Shown one piece after another: positions 11,086 to 22,340 of a stretch of 25,244 nucleotides of DNA (position 1 is the stretch's first letter; every line of letters begins with the position of its first letter). Source of the stretch: Ginkgo biloba. Its lineage: Eukaryota; Plantae; Ginkgophyta. A program made the translations under genes and the position numbers. The stretch covers positions 260,326,619-260,351,862 of the forward strand of contig JANKJI020000002.1 of NCBI GenBank assembly GCA_024626585.2. The letters run 5' to 3'. The notes below the pieces were generated by a model. The model was not told where the DNA came from, did no database searches, and was given only the letters and a program-made list of their open reading frames with translations.

Positions 11086-13076
11086 TGATCCACATGATAT
11101 TTCCATTTNNNNNNNNNNNNNNNNNNNNNNNNNNNNNNNNNNNNNNNNNNNNNNNNNNNNNNNNNNNNNNNNNNNNNNNNNNNNNNNNNNNNNNNNNNNN
11201 NNNNNNNNACTGGTAAACTACAGATCTCAGCCATTGGGCCTTGTGGCAATAGTTAGAATTGTAAGCTTTGAGAAGCAAGAAGCAAAGACCCGGAATAAAG
11301 TTGAAAGCATCCTCCCACGTGACTGTGTTCTAAGAGCATGGATCCTGTTACGTGTTTTAAAAGCCTCTTGTGATTGAGAAGGATACCCAGCGGCAGGCTC
11401 AGGAGGAGAAAATGGCTTTGTATTGAACCCATATATTTACCTGGATGTACGGCTGTTTATAAAGGGAAAAAATTAAGGACTACGTATCAGTTTTTCCGAG
11501 TTGCTTTTTTCAGCCTCCTGTTACTTGGAAGTGGTTTAGGGCCGTGCATGCTGACCAACTTTATGGCAGAGGTTTGACATTTAGGGCTTCCTGGAACTGG
11601 GTCGTGTTTTTTAATAAATCTTTGCCATTTTTGAGTTACAACTTCAACTCAAACTATATGATGCAAATAGAAGTTGAACAGTGTTTCCAGGATTGTTTTT
11701 GAAGTTGTTTCCTTAGATACCACAAAGTGGTGATTGGAGAAACACATGTTATTGTTCTATCTTTAGTAATTATGATTAAGAGCAATCTTATCCAAAACAC
11801 AGTCAGTCAATGCGATCTCTATGGACCTAAAGTGCCAAAATCCTTCAATACAGTGTTTAAATTCAATGTGATAGAATGCAAATCAAGAGAATCAAGTAGA
11901 GGTTTGTTTCAGACTGCTTCTTGGATGTCTTCATGTTCGCATCCTTCTTGCTATCTGTCCAATTTCATGATACTTTTTCAAATGGCTGCCTTGACAGGCC
12001 TGTATTGATCTGGAGGTTTTGCTGTACTGGCAAAGACTGGCTGCGTCTTTTGGGGTCATTTGTTTAATTCCCATGTTCTTGTGTGTGCGGGTGCATGCAT
12101 CACCGTAAGCCTACCAGTTGTATATACCTGTTTTGCGAAGTGGGCCCCATAAAATCAAGTCCCATCTAGTCTGTCTTGGATTGCTTGTAGGGATGCCCTT
12201 GTTTTTTCATTCCTGCTGATGTTGTTCTTTGCATCGAGTCTGTTGTATGCACCTATGTTTGGCCAGCTCCATGAAATAATGGGTCTAGTAGTTGGCATCT
12301 ACTGATTACTTCTCTTATGATCAGTTGTGCTCCTTGCAATTTAGAGTAGCACTTTCTTCAGTTTCCACATTGTTGGATACAGAGATCAGACATATTGCCT
12401 CATCCAGAGTGTGTCCTCTGCTTGCTATCCTCCCTCCAGTCTCAAGTCCCAACAGATGTGTTACCTTATATTGGTCCATAAATCATGCGTGTCATGGGGC
12501 TTCTAACATTCAAGTATTTTTGTTCTGTTGACGGCTGCAAGGGCAAAACTTCTAAATTAGTTAGTACGAACAGAAGTGGACAGGTTTTTCCTTATTACTT
12601 GCATGCCTTTTGCATCGTCATCATTTCTTGACCAATATATAGTGCTTCTTTTTCAATGTTGTCAGTCACACTCAAACAATTGGTTTCCAGATATTAAATA
12701 GTTCGCCTTCATTGGCCAGTTCCACATCTTTGTCAAGGCTTGACATTAGCTGATGGAACTGCACAGTGTTGTATTGTCCCAAGAGGTGCAAAATATTGTC
12801 TTGTTTACTTATTTCAAGCTTCTAAGACTGATATTATTAAAATTTCCTCATAAAAGGAGTGCAGATAGAAAGGGCATTATACTAATTTTTTTCCTTGGGG
12901 TGGTGGTGAGGAAGGTTGTAGTAATAAGGTTATTTATGACAAGGAATTGGAATTTTTATATCTGTGAACCTCAGAAGATAGGTTTAGCTGTTCTGTCGTT
13001 ACTTCTTCTTCTTGCAGCCTGTTCTGGTAGTGTTTATAAAAGCGTAAACTTTGTTTGGAGTTGTGTTTTGTTGCAG

Positions 13077-13176
13077 ATAAGAGTGCAGGCAATTCGTGGG
13101 CTTCCTCTTCTTTGTAGGGACACGCCAGAACATGTTCCAAAGATCGTTGATGTGCTTGGACAACTCCTTTTAGCAG
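13077..13176 (+). CDS. API5: API5 exon 3 (IRVQAIRGLPLLCRDTPEHVPKIVDVLGQLLLA)
   Basis: Acceptor TTGTTGCAG| at 13076, donor CAG|GTATGC at 13177. 100 nt, phase 0/1. Contains RVQAIRGLP and the LxxLL motif (LGQLL) known in API5. Confidence 0.95.
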
Positions 13177-13267
13177 GTATGCATTATATTATCTCAATAG
13201 CACACACTGCAAGTTAGCTGCTTCTCATAATTACTATACTCAAATGTTGTTGTTTTGATGGTTCCAG

Positions 13268-13333
13268 AGGAAAATTTGGAGAGGGATGCTGTACAGAAAG
13301 CCCTGATGTCTTTTTTAAGGCAGGACACTAAAG
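13268..13333 (+). CDS. API5: API5 exon 4 ((E)ENLERDAVQKALMSFLRQDTK)
   Basis: Follows a 91-nt intron. Acceptor TTCCAG| at 13267, donor AAG|GTGATG at 13334. 66 nt, phase 1/1, and the frame joins exon 3. Matches the plant API5 pattern EExxERDAVxKALMSxxRQD. Confidence 0.93.
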
Positions 13334-13391
13334 GTGATGTGTTCCTCTATTACAACTCAAATTGTAACAAACAATAGTCGTAAGCATTATA

Positions 13392-14290
13392 CAATGGAAT
13401 ATATGAGAGGAACATTGTGGAATATATCAATGAAACTACAAGCAAATTGGATAGAGATGAAATAGTATACTAATGAAATCAATGTCAAATATATTGATTT
13501 CAAGTTTGTTCGTAAGCATCTCCCTATATGAGCAAAACAAACACAAACCAAGGATGATTGCAGCTGAAGGTGCTGATGGGGATTTGTTACAATTCAAATG
13601 CTANNNNNNNNNNNNNNNNNNNNNNNNNNNNNNNNNNNNNNNNNNNNNNNNNNNNNNNNNNNNNNNNNNNNNNNNNNNNNNNNNNNNNNNNNNNNNNNNN
13701 NNNCCCATGATGCTATTTTGAGAGTCACATGCGATCTCTCATTACATAAAGTGATCTCGAAACCCCTAATTTATGTTGCCTTTGCCCTCTAATCAAGAAC
13801 GACTCATTAGGATGGAATGATTATGAATTGAGAGTTGATATTAAATTTTTATATATTGCCATCAAGAACTCTATATATGTTGGAGAATTAGATACACTAA
13901 ATAATTAACTTCCATGTTGAATTCTTTGGGTACATGTTGTAGTTAAATTACTGGAAACTTGACCCTCAAATATCTTATTACAATTGAAAATATTCTTAGT
14001 TCTATATGAATAACTTCCCATAGTTGGTTTAGATGATTGAATAATAGGAGTTAGTTTATGTATAAGACACTATGAGAAGGTTGGAATGCAATGGAATATA
14101 TAAGAGGAACATAGTGGAATGTATCAATGAAACCGCAAGCAAATTGTAAAAAGATGAAAGAATATAATAATTAAGTAATGTTGAACACAATAGTGAAGTT
14201 TGCCCATAGGCATCTTCCTATAGGAGCTGAACAAACACAGATCAAGGATGATTACAATTGAAGGTGCTGATGGGGATTGATATTTGTTAC
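13392..14290 (+). repeat. Diverged direct repeat of about 200 bp (13392-13590 and 14089-14290) at the start of intron 4
   Basis: Shared blocks CAATGGAATATATxAGAGGAACAT, TATCAATGAAAC, CAAGCAAATTG, AACAAACACA, CAAGGATGATT and TGAAGGTGCTGATGGGGAT occur in the same order about 700 nt apart. Confidence 0.85.
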
Positions 14291-16468
14291 CATACTTAAA
14301 ATATGATCTACTAGATAAAATGTTATTGGACCCATTCTAGGTCCCACCATTTGCTGCCAAGTGTCACATTCACGGGTTAAAGTATGGGATCATCTAAGGG
14401 ATTGACATAATACCATCATACACCACAGTTAACGTATGGGACCATAACATTCTCTTGTTTGTTTTGTTGTTAGTTGCTTTCTTTGGCTTTTTAACATGCT
14501 TACATATTTCTTGCTTTGATGATATGACAAATATTGTTTCCATGGGTGCATCCATTCTACCATTGTCATTAAAGAGTAGAGTTGAGATTGGTTATTCAGA
14601 TTGTCCATCACTAGAAACGTTTTGTATTTTTATCATAGTCTTGGATGCTATTCTTGGACACACGTTGTCAAGTCTCTTACTTAAATCTTTACTAGTGCAT
14701 ATGTATATAATCTAATTTCTGCTTATGCAAAGTGTTAAGAATATATAGACACTGTCTTGCTAATTCTTATCATATATATAGATATTAGCAAAGAAAACAA
14801 GTAATGAAAATTTTATTCCACAAGGAATTGACCTCATCGACCTTACTATGTTGGGGGTTTGGTGGGGTCGGAGGGAGGGAGTTTGTTCAACTGTACTTCA
14901 AGTACTACAGACTTGGTCCTATTCAGAGTTGCAACTTATATTGTAATTCTCAGTTGAGATTTAGTGACCTTTACATTGAAATAGGAACTAAATTCTTAAT
15001 AAATTCGCCACAATAGCCATCCATTGTTAATGCAATAAGAATTCACATTTATGTAAAGTACTAAATAATGGAGAAGGTGATTATACCTATCAGCTACCAT
15101 TTTCTTATTTAAGCTTCTACTTCTTTTAAGACTTCATAAGGGATGAGAATCCTATCCTTGACTTCATAGAGATGTAAAAACTATAACTTTGGTACAAAGT
15201 AAAACACCACACAATTGAATCCAAACTTAAAATCAATATAAATTGACATAAGAATTAACAATAAATTATCTTTCCATTAATGACAAGAATGAATTTCAGT
15301 AATAAAGAAAAATAAGGAGGGGAGAGAGAAGTTCATGATCTTATAGATGCAGGCAAGCCTCCCAAGTGACTTTATTCCTCCTTGTACCAATGAGTAAATT
15401 TTCTCCAATCTCCAATCTTCCTCTAAGCAAACTGACAGAGATTCCACATGCATATATTTTTATTCTAACCTCATGTGAAGATTTGTTCACATAGATTTCA
15501 GAAGGAAAGTTCCATTCCTTAGATTTCTTACATTATGAATTATCTATGAGCATTAGATTTTATCTCTAACTTCCTTTCCCATTACAAGGGAAAAGAAGCT
15601 TCCTTTGTCAAAGATAATTATCCTTTTTTATTTTATAAATTAGCTAATTTCTCTCACTTTTTAAGAAGTCACCTTCCTTTCTTATGTATTTATAGTGAAC
15701 AATGCCATGGGACACCATGGTAGAGTATTTTACCATTGGTGGTAAAGGATTCCATATAGTAATCTTCACATATTGTATGCAATTTTTATTAGGATTTTTT
15801 TTTTGGTGTTAATAATTGATTAAAAAGCCNNNNNNNNNNNNNNNNNNNNNNNNNNNNNNNNNNNNNNNNNNNNNNNNNNNNNNNNNNNNNNNNNNNNNNN
15901 NNNNNNNNNNNNNNNNNNNNNNNNNNNNNTGCCATGCAAAATATTGCAATGGTTGGATTGCCTTGTAATTGGTGAGTGGTGATGTTCTTCTCTTATGTTG
16001 CAATTAATTAGTAAATTGTGTTTTAGTTATGAATAATTTTGGTTTTCTTCTATTGTGTTCCTAAATTAGAAGAGTAGCCTACGAGGTAAAATCGCAAGGA
16101 GTCTACATGATAGGAGCAAAGGAAACCTTTAAATAGCATAAGGAAACCTTTTGATTAAAAAGAATAAGGGCGTTGAGTTTTGAAGAATTAAGGTTCAATT
16201 GGAAACTAAATAACAATCTTAGTTGACCTAGCATTAGCTTGGTGTAAAGCGTTGCAGGCTAAACTTTGAATAGGCCTAGTTCTCCTCTCATTTATCATTA
16301 GACATCTTTCGTAGTTTCTACTTGTCTTTTAGCAAAAAGAAGAGTGCTTAGGGAGTAAGTACTTCCTCCTATTTGAGAATTACTTTCCTCATTCTCTTTC
16401 TATCTTCTTTTTTAGCAAATTCTCTGGGGTAGGAGGTGCTTCCATTTTCTTCTCTAATTGTGATTGCA

Positions 16469-19400
16469 AACCTACCGACTTTTGATTAGCGTGACTATCA
16501 ACATTATTATTATATTTGAAGATTACTTCCAACATTGCATGTGTTTGCATTATATTATTAGTTGAAGCATTATTCTTTTTTTGTTATCATTAGTAAGTGT
16601 TTGTTTGGGACCTTACAAGTGGAATTAGATTCTTTTGTGATCCTGTGACTATAACCATTTATGGTATGTACTCGATTTCAAGTGAAAGAAGCCACGGAGA
16701 AAGAAGATCGCCTAACCACTTGAGAAGAAAATCTTGCCAAATTAGACACTTGATTCATGAGCACAATGAAACAATTCAGAATGATGTCAACGTTGAGCTA
16801 CAACTATTTGCAACTACATTTGCTTTATTACTATAATTGCTTTTTCAAAATCAACAACAACTACAACAAATCCCACTCAACCACCACCACTCAGAGGAAG
16901 TAGCAAAATCATATGAGGAATAATGTATCATTTAGAATTGAAGGTACCACAATTTTTGGTTCCATGGCCCAATAGAACCTCAAGGATGGTTATCAAACCT
17001 AGACACATTGTTTGTCAACATTAGCACATCTTTGATGTCAAAAAGTTATGCTTAGCCAACATGGAAGGTTATGTCCACACATGGGGAATGAAATGGTATA
17101 ACCAACATTTAACAATTGGCATTGTATACTCAGAATACATGAGAACCTTCTTCATGAGAGTTGATCGAAATTGGGATGACCCATATAACATCTAATTGGC
17201 TTACTTCCTTCAACTCGAAATATAAGAATATACAGAAAAATTGAAACTTCTATACAATATTAGGATTGAGTGATGCAAGTGTACTTGACTTCTATGTCAA
17301 TAACTTGTGACTAAAAATAAAAGTGGAGCTACAAAAGCACAATCCATGAAGGTTGGATCAAGCAATGTTGTGAGATTGACAAATTGAGTTCATACAAAAA
17401 GCTGTACATAAACGTTACATAGACTCTCACTAGGTTCCCACAAGGGAACAACCAATGGCAACAACTCTTTCAATAGAATTCAGGAGAAAACAAAAGAACT
17501 TTTTCTTTAAATGCAAAGAACCATGGGCAAAAGGTCATATTTTTAAGAAGTCGCAAAAGAAGTTCTACATGGAGAAGGCATTAGAGACGAAGACCCTGAA
17601 GCACAAGAAGAACAAGCACTTGTAGAGAATAACAATGGCCGAGTAAACAAACATCTTGATGATGAGATCATTCAACAACGATCATTCAACCACCACTTAT
17701 ACAAATAAAGAAGGTTGAGATTTCATTATTAGCGATGGCTGAGGTACAAAAACTAGAAACAATTAAGGGACATGGACTTATACACAAACTTTTGGCAATT
17801 GTAGACTAAGGAAGCACACATAACTTTCTTGATCTAAGTCAAATTAAATGATTATGACTTTATGTTAACCATATAAACCCCATTCCAATAACATTTCTAG
17901 GACATAACTTTCTAATGTTTTAAGGCATTGTTAAAATCGTTAACTTGGCAATGGGGGAGTATAGATTGANNNNNNNNNNNNNNNNNNNNNNNTTTTTTTG
18001 CACTACCAATTAGAGGAATAGATGCAATCTTGGGAATCTAGTGGCTAAGAACACTTGGCACGTATTGAATTAATTGTGACAAAAACTTTATGAAGTTCAA
18101 GCTTGAAGGAGTTAATCATATGATATATGGTATGCATGCACACTAACACGAATTGTTGACTCCAAAATGATGGATAACATCCTTCGAAAGAGTCATATGG
18201 GTTCANNNNNNNNNNNNNNNNNNNNNNNNNNNNNNNNNNNNNNNNNNNNNNNNNNNNNNNNNNNNNNNNNNNNNNNNNNNNNNNNNNNNNNNNNNNNNNN
18301 NNNNNNNNNNNNNNNNNNNNNNNNNNNNNNNNNNNNNNNNNNNNNNNNNNNNNNNNNNNNNNNNNNNNNNNNNNNNNNNNNNNNNNNNNNNNNNNNNNNN
18401 NNNNNNNNNNNNNNNNNNNNNNNNNNNNNNNNNNNNNNNNNNNNNNNNNNNNNNNNNNNNNNNNNNNNNNNNNNNNNNNNNNNTAACAAAACTCCATACG
18501 TTGCACCAATCAACCTTACATGAAAGAAAGATGGATCCTTTTACCTTTGTGTCGATTCTTGGGCCCTCAATAAGATAATTAAGAACATATTTCCAATGCC
18601 GCAAGTAGATGATACTCTAGACAAACTTCATGGACGAAAGTACTTCTCCAAGATAGATTTGTGATTGGGATACTACCAAATCCCAATTTGTATAAAACAC
18701 ACACACACAAAACAACATTTAGAACACATCAAAGGACACTAGAATTTTGCATCATGCCTATTGCACTTTGCAACATCCCAACTATGCTTCAAGTTCTTAT
18801 GTATCATATTTTCATCAAGGTACTTAGAAAATATGTTCGTATTTTCTTCAATGACATATTATTATATAACGTGGAATGGGATGAACATATGGACCACTTC
18901 GACAAGGCATTGGAAAACCTCGAAAAAAAATGTTTGTTTGCAAATAAATAAAAGTGCCCATTTGGTAAGCAAAGCTTGTAATACCTTGGACACATTGTCC
19001 CAAAAGTTGGCATCATCATAGATCCAACCAAAATCCAAGCAATCATAGATTGGCAAGAGCTAAAAATGGTAACCAAGCTTAGGGAATGGTGGGGATGATA
19101 GGATTATAGGAAGTTTGTTTACCATTACTCATCCATTGCAACACAACTGTAAGGCTTAACCAAAAAGGATTAATTCTAATGGCACAGTTTGTTGGGACAA
19201 ACTTTCCAAGATCTAATGAAGGTTATAATGATAACTCCAATATTAGGATGCCAAATTTCAATAAACCATTTGTACTTGAATGTGAAGCTTTTTGTACAAG
19301 GCTTGGGTTAGTATTAATGCAAGAAGGATGCCTAATTGCTTACGAGAATGGAAATCTAAATGATCGTGAGTGGAGAATATCCACACAAAACAAGGAAATG

Positions 19401-20393
19401 CTTGCAATAATGAAAATATGATATGGTATTTGTGTGCCTATGACCATACAAGCAACTCTTGCCCAAAACAAAATTCAAAAACAAGCTAGCACCAAAATTT
19501 TACGACCCCTGNNNNNNNNNNNNNNNNNNNNNNNNNNNNNNNNNNNNNNNNNNNNNNNNNNNNNNNNNNNNNNNNNNNNNNATTCTAATTACATATATAT
19601 ATAATCCGTAAGATTTTCCCTCTCACCTATATGTATATTCCTCTACACACTTATCTTATAAATTCAAAACCCCCTTAAATTTTATGATTTTATGTAAAAT
19701 ATACCTACAATTATGCTCTCCTTCATTTTTTTATAGCATTATGCATGCTCTTCATAAAATCCAAAATCCAACATGGGTCAACAATCCATATACACTTAAC
19801 AAATCCTACCACACTTTATTTGGAGTCACAACTTTATATTATAGTTTAAAAACTAACCCATATGGCCACATGCTACATTTCTTGAGGCCATATGATCATA
19901 ATACATACAAATTAAAAAAAGGCTAGGGTGTAATTATTAGTTCTTATATGGGATTATAAAATTAGCTAATTAAAAAATATAACTAGTAGTATTAATTCCC
20001 ACATCTTATATAAGAATATAAGATAATGGTATGTTATTGCATTTGACAAAAAAATGAAATAACCTTTTTCCTAAATGTTTATTAGGGTAATAAAAATGTG
20101 GTATTATAATTAAGGCTTGAAATGACTAAGATAACAAATTCAACGAGTATACAATGCCATTTTAAATTAAAGCTCAATTTTTTTAGATTTGGCCATCACT
20201 GTTTATTTTGTAATTGAAATTAGAGAATTAATTAAATTATTTTCAACCTATCAAATTTTTACTATTGTGACTAGTGACATTATTACTATATCGGAAGATT
20301 GTTTCCAGCATTGTGTGTGGTTACATCATTTTATCAGCTGAAGCTTTATTCATTTTCTGTTATTGTTAATAAGTGCTCATGTGGGACCTTACA
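16469..20393 (+). mobile_element. Old, internally deleted Ty3/gypsy (chromovirus-type RT) LTR retrotransposon in API5 intron 4: 5' LTR end, PBS, gag, protease, RT, partial RNase H, 3' LTR remnant; no integrase seen
   Basis: The LTR end GGGACCTTACA at 16617 is followed by AG-TGGAATTAGAT, a decayed tRNA-iMet PBS (TGGTATCAGAGC). Gag-like PQGWLSNLDTLF (about 16980). Zinc-knuckle remnant FKCKEPWAKGH (about 17510). Protease AIVD*GSTHNFLD (about 17800) and DAILGI*WLRTLG. RT: DGSFYLCVD...YFSKIDL*LGYYQI...KTTFRTH...IFFNDILLY...YLGHIV...IDPTKIQAIIDW. RNase H: PNFNKPFVLECEA...LGLVLMQEG...KEMLAIM, ending about 19420. A matching LTR end sits at 20245-20393. The true 5' boundary lies further upstream and is unresolved. 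Confidence 0.9.
20245..20393 (+). repeat. 3' LTR remnant, direct repeat of 16469-16617
   Basis: 20267-20393 aligns without gaps to 16491-16617 with 100/127 identities (hand count). Both copies end GGGACCTTACA. Confidence 0.88.
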
Positions 20394-20436
20394 TCTTCAC
20401 TCCCAAATTTTCTTGTAGGAGTATACACTAGTTCCG

Positions 20437-20654
20437 TTTATCAAGATATTAAGGTTTGCTGAAGTGCAGCCACCTGCAGCCACTTATTGAATTGGAATTT
20501 TAAACTTTCAGATTATCTGGGTTTTCAAAACTGTATGTTTGATCTATAGATGTTCTATTTATCAAGATATTATGTAAGGTTTTATGTGGTGCAGCCATTT
20601 AGCAAAATGGAAATTTTAACTTTCGGGTTAGCTGGCTTTCAAACTGTTTGTTTT
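20437..20654 (+). repeat. Degenerate tandem duplication, period about 121 bp (20437-20540 and 20558-20654)
   Basis: Both units read TTTATCAAGATATTA..AAGGTTT..GTGCAGCCA..TGGAA(A/T)TTT..AACTTTC..TTAxCTGG..TTTCAAA..CTGTxTGTTT. Confidence 0.8.
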
Positions 20655-20906
20655 AGGGCAAGTTACTCTAGGCATAGGTTGCTTTTAAAGTGCATTGATG
20701 CTTATAAATTTACCATCTACTGGTTTGATTGTCTTTTATATCTGTCGATGCATTNNNNNNNNNNNNNNNNNNNNNNNNNNNNNNNNNNNNNNNNNNNNNN
20801 NNNNNNNNNNNNNNNNNNNNNNNNNNNNNNNNNNNNNNNNNNNNNNNNNNNNNNCATGCTTTAATGGAAGATTAAAGCCTAAATATCTATTGTGTTGGAT
20901 TGACAG

Positions 20907-20989
20907 CATCTTTGACAGCCCTCTTTAAACACATAGAGAGTTCTGATGAGAATATTCGGGAGAGAGTGCTGAATTTTGTCAAAGACAAG
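20907..20989 (+). CDS. API5: API5 exon 5 ((A)SLTALFKHIESSDENIRERVLNFVKDK)
   Basis: Acceptor TGACAG| at 20906, donor AAG|GTGAGC at 20990. 83 nt, phase 1/0, in frame with exon 4 across a 7573-nt intron (length includes gaps). Matches the pattern ASLTALFxH...IRExVLxFxxDK. Confidence 0.92.
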
Positions 20990-21564
20990 GTGAGCAACAT
21001 ATGCTTTTAACGAGTGAAGCCATGCTTTTCTTTTTTTCCGTGTATTTACATATATGAAGAAAGCATAACCCTTCCTCAATAGCATTCTTCCACCTTTCCA
21101 TCCATGTGATTAAGAGAGAAGTGTCCTTCAGTCGATGGAAATGTTTCAGTCAACTGATAAGATATTTCCATCATCTGATGGGAAAAGTTTTCAATTCAGA
21201 TATGTTTTTAATTGTGGGCACAATACCCTGCTAAATAGGAAATGATTTTTTTCAAGGGAAGGGTTTTTTCTGTTGTCAAATCCTGGTTGTCCATGGATAC
21301 GGCAGCGGTATGGGATATGCATATTTGGTATTTATGGTCATATGGTGTGTAAGTGGGGAGACACCAACAAAATCTGAAAAAGAAGTGTCTCCTAGAGGGC
21401 ATATGCTCACTGGCTCTCTATGTGCACTGGTAGTAGTAAGTTTATCCTTTGTTGATGTGAAATGGAGGAACGTCTTCATTGAAAATGCTGCTGGTTTGTA
21501 CTATTTCAGACATACAGAGCTTTTGAACGGTGATCTAATTATATTAGTTTTATTTTGATGTCAG

Positions 21565-21639
21565 GTGTTTCCTCTCAAAGCAGAGCTGTTGAAACCACAG
21601 GAGGAAATGGAAAGGCATGTGACTGATTTGATCAAGAAG
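21565..21639 (+). CDS. API5: API5 exon 6 (VFPLKAELLKPQEEMERHVTDLIKK)
   Basis: Acceptor TGTCAG| at 21564, donor AAG|GTAAGT at 21640. 75 nt, phase 0/0. Near-identical to the remembered plant API5 segment VxPLKxELLKPQEEMERHxTDLIK. Confidence 0.95.
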
Positions 21640-21756
21640 GTAAGTTTTTGTCTGGTACATAAAAATGGGCATTCACAAGGTTTCTCTCAATAATACTTGC
21701 ATGCAAAATCTTTCCTGTTTGCTTTTTGAAAAAAAATTCAGGCACACCCCAACACC

Positions 21757-21919
21757 CAGTGTTAGGCTACACGCTGCGTGCGCTGGGGTTATTCTTGGGT
21801 GCCTCCCAGGTTCAGCCGGAGTGCACTTGGGCACCCAAACCCGCACCCAAAAATGGGGTGCGGAGAACATACAGGGCGTGTGCACCTCTGGGACAGGGTG
21901 CGCGGACCCAATAACAGTG
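21757..21919. mobile_element. Putative short non-autonomous DNA transposon (MITE, hAT-like ends) in intron 6
   Basis: A GC-rich island in an AT-rich intron, bounded by CAGTGTTA (21757) and TAACAGTG (21919), a 7/8 inverted match. It has several GCACCC/GGGTGC motifs in both orientations. No target-site duplication is visible. Confidence 0.45.
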
Positions 21920-22340
21920 TATGCCAATTTTCAGTCATACTGTCAAACAGACATGTGACAGAGGTCAGCCCTTGAAAGGCCATACATGTAAAGTAGGCTC
22001 ACATNNNNNNNNNNNNNNNNNNNNNNNNNNNNNNNNNNNNNNNNNNNNNNNNNNNNNNNNNNNNNNNNNNNNNNNNNNNNNNNNNNNNNNNNNNNNNNNN
22101 NNNNACCTTGTTGGGTTTTTTTCTATTTGTTTGTTTGAGTTGTATGCTTTATTTAAAACTCTATGCTGTCTGTAAACTACTTAGCAACCTAAATATTCTA
22201 GCAAGATTTTTTTTAAATTCGTTTTGGTTTGATGTTGTTAATAATTGTTGATTTGACCACGGTATGCATTCTTCTTCAGAAATGAGATGCATGGACTTAT
22301 GATGCATGATTGTTTGTGTTTCTTATTGTTGTTTTTGCAG

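Noticed and set aside
12753-13217. 154-aa ORF as a stand-alone membrane protein
   Set aside because: Only 13077-13176 is API5 exon 3 with canonical splice sites. The hydrophobic flanks are read-through of T-rich intron.
15052-15770. Possible solo LTR in intron 4
   Set aside because: TG and CA candidates exist, but no matching TSD or second copy was found.
15991-16000. Candidate 5' LTR start TCTTA|TGTTG, with TCTTA resembling TCTTC after the 3' LTR as a TSD
   Set aside because: Only a 4/5 match, and TGTTG is not the inverse of the CCTTACA end. The true start may lie in gap 15830-15929.
21285-21430. Possible MITE with the inverted pair GGAGACAC / GTGTCTCC (21357-21364, 21385-21392)
   Set aside because: A single 8-bp inverted repeat without defined TIRs or TSD.
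21665-21983. Five overlapping short ORFs on both strands
   Set aside because: Explained by stop-codon scarcity in a GC-rich repeat island. No recognisable protein motif.
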